Source: Zygnema circumcarinatum SAG 698-1b (taxonomy: Eukaryota > Plantae > Zygnematophyceae). Taken from it: a stretch of 64,000 nt of DNA. Location of the stretch: NCBI GenBank assembly GCA_037447605.1, contig CM074822.1, positions 1,387,492 to 1,451,491 on the forward strand, given 5' to 3'. Under the pieces are notes generated by a model that saw only the letters and a list, made by a program, of their open reading frames with translations, ran no database searches and was not told where the DNA came from. Positions 57,621 to 64,000 of this stretch are shown here, piece after piece; the stretch's first letter is position 1; every line of letters starts with the position of its first letter. The translations under genes were made by a program, and so were the position numbers.

Positions 57621-59059
57621 AAAATGTGATGGACGGAGGCAGGGAGGTAGGAGGAAAGGAAGGAGGGAGGGAGACACACAAGCAAGAAGGCGAGCAAACA
57701 AGCAAGCAGGCAGATATTGGAGGAGGGAGGGAGGGAGATAGGGAAGGAGGGAGGGAATGAGAGAGAGAGGGATGGAGTGAGAAAAAGAGGATAGAGAGAG
57801 AGTGAGGGAGGGTGGGTAAGGAAGGTTGGGGGTTTCATTTAAGAGTTTAAAAGTGTGGTAGAGTCTAAGGGCTGGAGTTGAAGGCTCAGTCTTGAAGCTG
57901 TAACTTCATTTCATATGTAATTCGTAAATTAGTTCCTTCGTAATTTTGAAGTGCTTCGTTATTTACTTTTTGAAACTTCCACTGCTTAGGCAGTCTTTTT
58001 ATTTTCAGCAAAACTGCACGCTCTGAAATTTCTGATATGATTTTTTTTCAACTGAATGCGATCATCTGAAAATGCGAATACTGCGATGTGTGTGTTTTTT
58101 GTGCTCATTTTCTTCTCTTGGGTGGATGGACATGCTCTGCTGAATTTATTTTGTTTTGTTTTGTTTTGTTTTGTCGCCGTAGAGCGCATGAGTGCGCGCT
58201 TTGTGAGAGCAGTCAGAATCGCGAGGAGCAGGAGTCCAGATTTAGGGTTCAGGCTAGGCTTAGGGTTCCGTGAGTACTTCAAAAAGAGGAAACTAATAGT
58301 TTACTGTAAATCAAACGTGTAGGGAGATGTAGGGGCTCAAAAATGGGTCGTATGTGCNNNNNNNNNNGAACATGCAAGGGAGTAGAACATACACTAAGAA
58401 AACTTTGGAGAAAGCTCTAAGCCTACAACTCCATTAATAAGAATAAGGATGTTTACAAGGAATGTGTCTGGAACTCAACCTCACACTATCCTCTAAACAC
58501 ACCCTCTAATCCCAAAGAACACACCTGAGCTACCCAAGCTCCCACCTCCTCTATCCAGCCTTCACAAGGGCTGATTGCACACAGCAACGCAGAAGAAGGT
58601 TAAACCTAAGCTAAGCACTAAGCACTATTTATGCCTAAGCCCTAAAGGGAGCCGCAGCTCCTCATTCGGCCGCACTCCCACCGCTTCAATAATTTTCCTC
58701 CATGTCCGCCGCTCCTCGCTCGCCTCGACGCCCGCCCTGGCTCCCGCCCTGGCTTTCGTCCTCTGCTTGCTGGCTGCTCGGCTGGCCATGTCCGCCGACC
58801 GGTGAGACCGAGGAGCTCGTCCTCCTCTGCGTTGCCTCCTTGCAGGCCCTGCCTCCTCCCTCCATCCTCCAGCAGGCCTGTAACCCTAATTGCCACGTGG
58901 TAGTCCTAGATTGGCTGCCCCAATTGGCGCAGCCAACCGGTGGCATCCCGTACTACCCGCCAGAACAATAAGCGTACTATTTATTTCACCTGACCGTGCA
59001 TCCGTACATGTTGACCAAATCCCATTTATCGACTGTACGGATATCCGTGCACCGACAAT

Positions 59060-59545
59060 TTAATGGTTGCCAACCATTTGATTTAATGGATATAACCATT
59101 CGACTGGTTGCCAACCAGTGCCGCCGGATCGAAACAACCATTCGACTGGTTCGGAACCAGTGGATGCCACTGGTTCACAACCAGTTGAATGGTTGCCAAC
59201 CAGTGGATGCCACTGGTTCCAAACCAGTCGACTAGGTTGCCAACCAGTGGATGCCACTGGTTGGCAACCATTCGACTGGTTGGCAACCAGTGCCGCCGGA
59301 TCGAAACAACCATTCGACTGGTTGCCAACCAGTGGCATCCACTGGTTCCAAACCAGTCGACTGGTTGCCAACCAGTGGTTGCGGACCGAAACAACCATTC
59401 GACTGGTTGCCAACCAGAGGATGCCACTGGTTGACAACCATTCGACTGGTTTGGAACCAGTAGATGCCACTGGTTGGCAACCAGTCGACTGGTTGCCAAC
59501 CAGTAGACGTCCAACCATTGCCATCCAATGGTTGTTCAATGGTTG
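59060..59545. repeat. hAT right subterminal palindromic array
   Basis: Same repeat words as the left array. Confidence 0.9.
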
Positions 59546-60879
59546 CCGATACACTGGTCCGAACTGTGCATACTTGTCACATCATATGCTGCCGCGACCA
59601 ATCATGTCGCCCCACGTGTCGTGCCCCTTATACTTTGAAAACCAACGCATTCCGTACATTCGCATCACCATCCGTACAATCAAAAGGTCTGTATCTATTT
59701 TGAAAAAGTGTGAAACAGCATCTTTCGCTTTTGATCCTTTATAAAAGCTGCCCGCCGAAAGGGGGGGTGTGTTCATCCAAAAAGGGGAGTGCAAATTTCC
59801 ATCTTTTTAGAGTACATAGGAATCTTTCAAATCATAAAGATGGACGAGTTGGCTTGTCCTTTTACCGCCAAATCTGTTCACACAATATATTTCATATTTT
59901 CCAAGCTGTTCACACATTGAATATTCTACCGAAATCCTGAAAGCCCCTAAGCCTGTTCCCACTGCTATTCTGTCATTTGCATCCCTACAAAACTTGTACG
60001 GTAACTTATAACTGCCAATTTTTGTCTGTCGCCAGTATTGTACGCTACAAAAAGGTGACGCGCCAACTCACAGTCCCGCAAGACAAGTGACGCACTGACG
60101 CCTTCAAAGTTTGCAATTCGACATGGCCCCACCCGACCCATGTACTCCCTCCGTTAGCTGTTCTATCAGCGGAATCATGCCCGTACATAGAATTCGAATA
60201 CAGCCAACCATTTTTCAAATGCCGCGCGGAAGCATTCGCCGCCCACGACAACGCGCAGCCTGGCGCAAGGGACCCGCGCTCGGCGGCCTCTGCGATTAAT
60301 AAAGGCCCAGAGGACGAGCCCAACGCCTCTCAGCGCCTGACCCCATACGGACAGCGTCTGCTGACGCATGACCTCAAGATCCCGAATTCAGGACGCAGAC
60401 ACAACTGTAAGTGCTGACGAAACAAAGCTAATGAAATGACGCACGCTCCCAGAGGACGCGAACGCCAGCTGCAGCTGAAGCGGCATAATCGCGACAATAA
60501 TATAAATAATTGATCTGTGTCGCTAACAAAAAAGGTGCCGTACAGATGCTTGTAAAACAAGAGGGTTATGCACCCGGCAGAGTACCCGTTTTGAGGCGCA
60601 AAGTACGGACGCATTTACTCGGTACTGCTCGCGACATCCAGAGGTTCTCTCCCTGAAGCGAGCGAGCAAGCAGGAACGCGCCACGTGGCCCTACCCCGGA
60701 AGCCATGGCGTGAGAGCGAGCCGAGGGCTTCCCACCAAGCGCCGCTGGGCCGCCATGGCGCCCGGTCGCTCCATCGGGTTGTGCGGCCTCCTCGCGCTGA
60801 TCCTCTTTGCCGCTTCTGCTGTGCGCCGCGGCGCCGCTGTGACTATTGACAGAGGAGACAGTGAGGCGCCCTGACCTGC

Positions 60880-63800
60880 CCCTGACCCGCCCCTGACCCT
60901 GCCACTGCCACTGCCGCTGTTCCTCCTCCTCCCCTCCCCTCCCCTCCCCACTACCCATCTCCCTCCCCCTTCCCACTCCCCCCTCCCCCTCCCCCCTCCC
61001 CCTCTCCCCATCCCCCTGCACCTGCCCCTTCACCTGCCCCTGCCCCTCCCCCACCAACCTCCCTCCTCCCCCTCAACTCACCTTCACCTTGGAACGCCCC
61101 TTCCCCCACCCCCTCCCCCTCATCCCCCTCCCCTCCCTCTACCCCTCCCCCTACACCTCTCCATGCCTCCCTCCCCCTCCACCCTCCCTCTCCCCTCCTT
61201 CCCCCTCCCCCTCCCCTCTCTCCTGCCCTGCCCATGCCCCTGAACCTGCCCCTACCCCTCCCCCACCAACCTCCCTCCTCCCCCTCAACTCACCTTCACC
61301 TTGGAACGCCCCTTCCCCCACCCCCTCCCCCTCATCCCCCTCCCCTCCCTCTACCCCTCCCCCTACACCTCTCATGCCCCTCCCCTCCTCACCCCCCCTC
61401 CTCTCCCCCTCCTTCCCCCTCCCCTCCCTCTCCTGCCCTGCCCATGCCCCTGAACCTGCCCCTACCCCTCCCCCTCCCCATCCCCCTCCGCCTCCCCCTA
61501 TACGATCCCCCTCCCAACTCCCCCTCCGCCTCTCATGCCTCTCCCCCTCCCATCCCCCCCTCCCTCTCCCCTCCCCCTCCCCATCCCCTCCCCTTCCCTC
61601 CACCTCCCCCTCCTCCCCCTCCCCCTCCCCCTCCCCTCCTCCCCTCCCCCTCACCCTCCCCCTCCCCCTCCCCTCCCCCTCCCATCCTCCCCTCCCCTCC
61701 CCCTCCTTCCTTCCCTTCCCTCCCTCCCTCCTCCCGCCCATCCGCTCCCCCTCCCCCTCCCTCCCCTCCCTCCTCCCCTCCCTCCCTCCTCCCCTCACCT
61801 CCCCCTCCCTTTGTCCTTCCCCATCCCTCTCCTCCATCCCCCTTTCCCCCTTCCCGCACCCCCTCCCCCTCCCCCTTCCCCCCCCCCCTCCCCCTTAGCC
61901 TGCCCCTCACCCTCCCTCTCCCCCTCCCCCTCCCCCCCACACCCACCCCCTCCCTCTCGCATACCCCTCCCGCTCCCCTCCCCCCTCTCCCTTCCCCTCC
62001 CCCTCCCCCTCCCCCCCCCTCCCCTTCCCTCTCCCCCTCCCCCTCCCCCCTCCCCCTCCCCCATCCCCCTCTCCCATCCCCCTCCCCCTCCCCTTCCCTC
62101 CCTCTCCCCACTCCCTCGCCCCCCCGCCCCCTCTCCCCTCCCCTCCCCTCCCCCTCACCCCTCTCCCCCTCCCCTCCCCCTCCACCTCCCTCCCTCCCCT
62201 CCCCCTCCTCTCCCTCCCTCCCTCCCTCCCTCCCTCCCTCCCCTCCCCTCCCCCTCCCCTCCCCCTCCCTCCCGCTCCCCCTCCCCCTCCCCCTCCCCCT
62301 CCCCTCCCCCTCCCCCCTCCTCCACTTCCCCTCCCTCCCCTCCCCTCCCCCTCCCTCCCTCTCCTGCCCTCCCTGCCCTGGATCTGCCCTCCCTCCCTCC
62401 CAGTCCCTTCCCCTCCCCTTATTGGGTCCCCCTCCCGACTCCCCCTCCCGCCTCTCATGCCCTCTCCCCCTCCCCATCCCCCTCCCTCTCCCCCTCCCCC
62501 TCCCCATCCCCCTCCCCCTCCCCTCCACCTCCCCCTCCCCCTCCCCTCCCCTCCCCCTCCCTCCCCCCCTCCCTCCTCCCTCCCCCTCCCCCTCCCCCTC
62601 CCTCCTCCCTCCCCTCCCCTCCCCTTCCCCCTCCCCCTCTCCCTCCCCCTCCCCCTCCCCGCCCCACTCACACTCCCTCTCCCTCTCCCTCCCCCTCCTC
62701 CCTCCCCCTCACACCTCCCCCTCCCGCTGTCCTTCCCCATCCCTCTCCTCCATCCCCCTTTCCCCCTTCCCGCACCCCCCTCCCCTCCCCCTTCCCCTCC
62801 CCTTAGCCTGCCCCTCGCCCTCCCTGTCCCCCTCCCCTCCCCCCACACCCACCCCCTCCCTCTCGCATACCCCTCCCGATCCCCTCCCCCCTCTCCCTTC
62901 CCCTCCCCCTCCCCCTCCCCCCCCCTCCCCTTCCCTCTCCCCCTCCCCCTCCCCCCTCCCCCTCCCCCATCCCCCTCTCCATCCCTCCCCCTCCCCCTCC
63001 CCTCCCCTCTCCCCCTCCCTCACCCCCGCCCCTCTGCTGCCCCTCCCCTCCCTCACCCCTGCCCCTCCCTCCCCCCTCACCTCCCTCCCCTCCCCTCCCC
63101 CCTCCCCTTCCCTCTCCCCCTCTCCTCCTCCATCCCTACTCATCCCTACCCGTCCCCCTCAACCTCCGCCTCCACCCTCCCTCGCCCCTCCCCCTCCCCC
63201 TCTCCAACCCCCTCCCCAACCGCCTCCCACTCCCACTCCCCCTCCTCCTCCCCCACCCCCTCACCTTCCCCTCCACCTTCGCCTGCCCCTCCCCCTCCCT
63301 CTCCCTCTCCTCCCCCTCTCCCCCTCTCCCTGCCCCTCCCTCCCCCTGAACCTGCCCCCTCCCTCCCTCCCCATACCCCCTCCGCCTCCCTATGGGATCC
63401 CCCTCAACTTCCCTCCCGCCTCTCATGCCCCTCCCCCTCCCCATCCCCCCTCCTCTCCCCTCCCTCCCCATCCCCCTCCCCCTTCCCTCCACCTCCTCCC
63501 TCCCTCCCCTCCCCCTCCCTCCCCTCCCCCTCCCCTCACCCTCCCCCTCCCCCTCCCCCTCCCTCCCCTCCCTCCCTCTCCCTCCCCCTCCCCTCCCTCC
63601 CCCTCCCTCCTTCCCTCCCTCCCTCCCCCTCCCCCGCCCCACTCACACTCCTCCCCCCTCCCCCTCCCTCCCCTCCCCCTCCCCTCCCCCTCCCCCTCAC
63701 ACCTCCCCCTCCCGCTGTCCTTCCCCATCCCTCTCCTCCATCCCCCTTTCCCCCTTTCCCGCACCCCTCCCCCTCCCCCTCCCCCCTCCCCTTAGCCTGC

Positions 63801-64000
63801 CCTCACTCCCTCTCCCCCTCCCCCTCCCCCCACACCCACCCCCTCCCTCTCGCATACCCCTCCCGCTCCCCCTCCCCCTCCCTTCCCCTTCCTCCCCTCC
63901 CCTCCCCCCTCCCCTTCCCTCTCCCTCCCCCTCCCCCTCCCCCTCCCCCATCCCCCTCTCCCGTCCCTCCCCCTCCCCCTCCCCTCCCTCTCCCCCTCCC
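60880..64000. repeat. C-rich (CCCCT/CCCT)n satellite with ~0.9-1 kb higher-order repeats
   Basis: The marker cacacccaccccctccctctcgcatacccctcccg recurs at ~61937, ~62843 and ~63830. Runs off the window end. Confidence 0.9.

Larger units (their letters stand above)
52941..59568 (+). mobile_element. hAT DNA transposon, structurally complete
   Basis: 14-bp TIRs CACAGATCGGACCA / TGGTCCGAACTGTG (1 mismatch). 8-bp TSD CATACTTG at 52933-52940 and 59569-59576. Encodes a transposase. Confidence 0.95.
50700..60900. mobile_element. Long-TIR foldback-like element, right arm interrupted by the hAT
   Basis: ~50744-51400 is the diverged reverse complement of ~60230-60870. ~51750-51990 is the reverse complement of 52900-52940 joined to 59577-59790. 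The arms run outward into G-rich (left) and C-rich (right) tracts. Confidence 0.8.

Noticed and set aside
61089-63951. Long Pro-rich and Gly-rich ORFs (up to 853 aa) as extensin genes
   Set aside because: The C/G-rich satellite lacks stop codons in most frames on both strands, and there is no signal peptide, splice support or codon pattern.

Overview
Eukaryotic genomic DNA, transposon-rich, with spliceosomal introns. A green-lineage origin (probably a streptophyte alga or other non-seed plant) is inferred from TTTAGGG-type repeats, a plant-type LRRNT exon plus a 72-bp LRR exon, a legume-type lectin and tRNA-iMet primer sites. The main feature is one ~17.2-kb minus-strand gene (30781->13613) that the ORF track splits into dozens of pieces. 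It has a signal-peptide exon, then nine F-type lectin (fucolectin/FTP) exons alternating with eight extensin-like Ser-Pro exons, and ends in an L-type (legume) lectin exon. Every intron is phase 1, the predicted sugar-binding loops differ between copies, and four exons carry lesions. The rest is nested mobile DNA: (1) a Copia 5' end; (2) a decayed Gypsy with a possible adenine-methyltransferase-like domain before the protease; (3) a Copia with a 5-bp TSD and a CRE-clade LINE in its 3' LTR; (4) a long-TIR foldback element interrupted by an apparently intact hAT (8-bp TSD, 880-aa transposase), which itself carries a TRIM with tRNA-like LTRs. There are also ABC-transporter and LRR gene fragments, an interstitial telomere-like tract and long C/G-rich low-complexity tracts. 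All family calls come from motif recognition by eye; no database searches were run. Several N gaps limit certainty.
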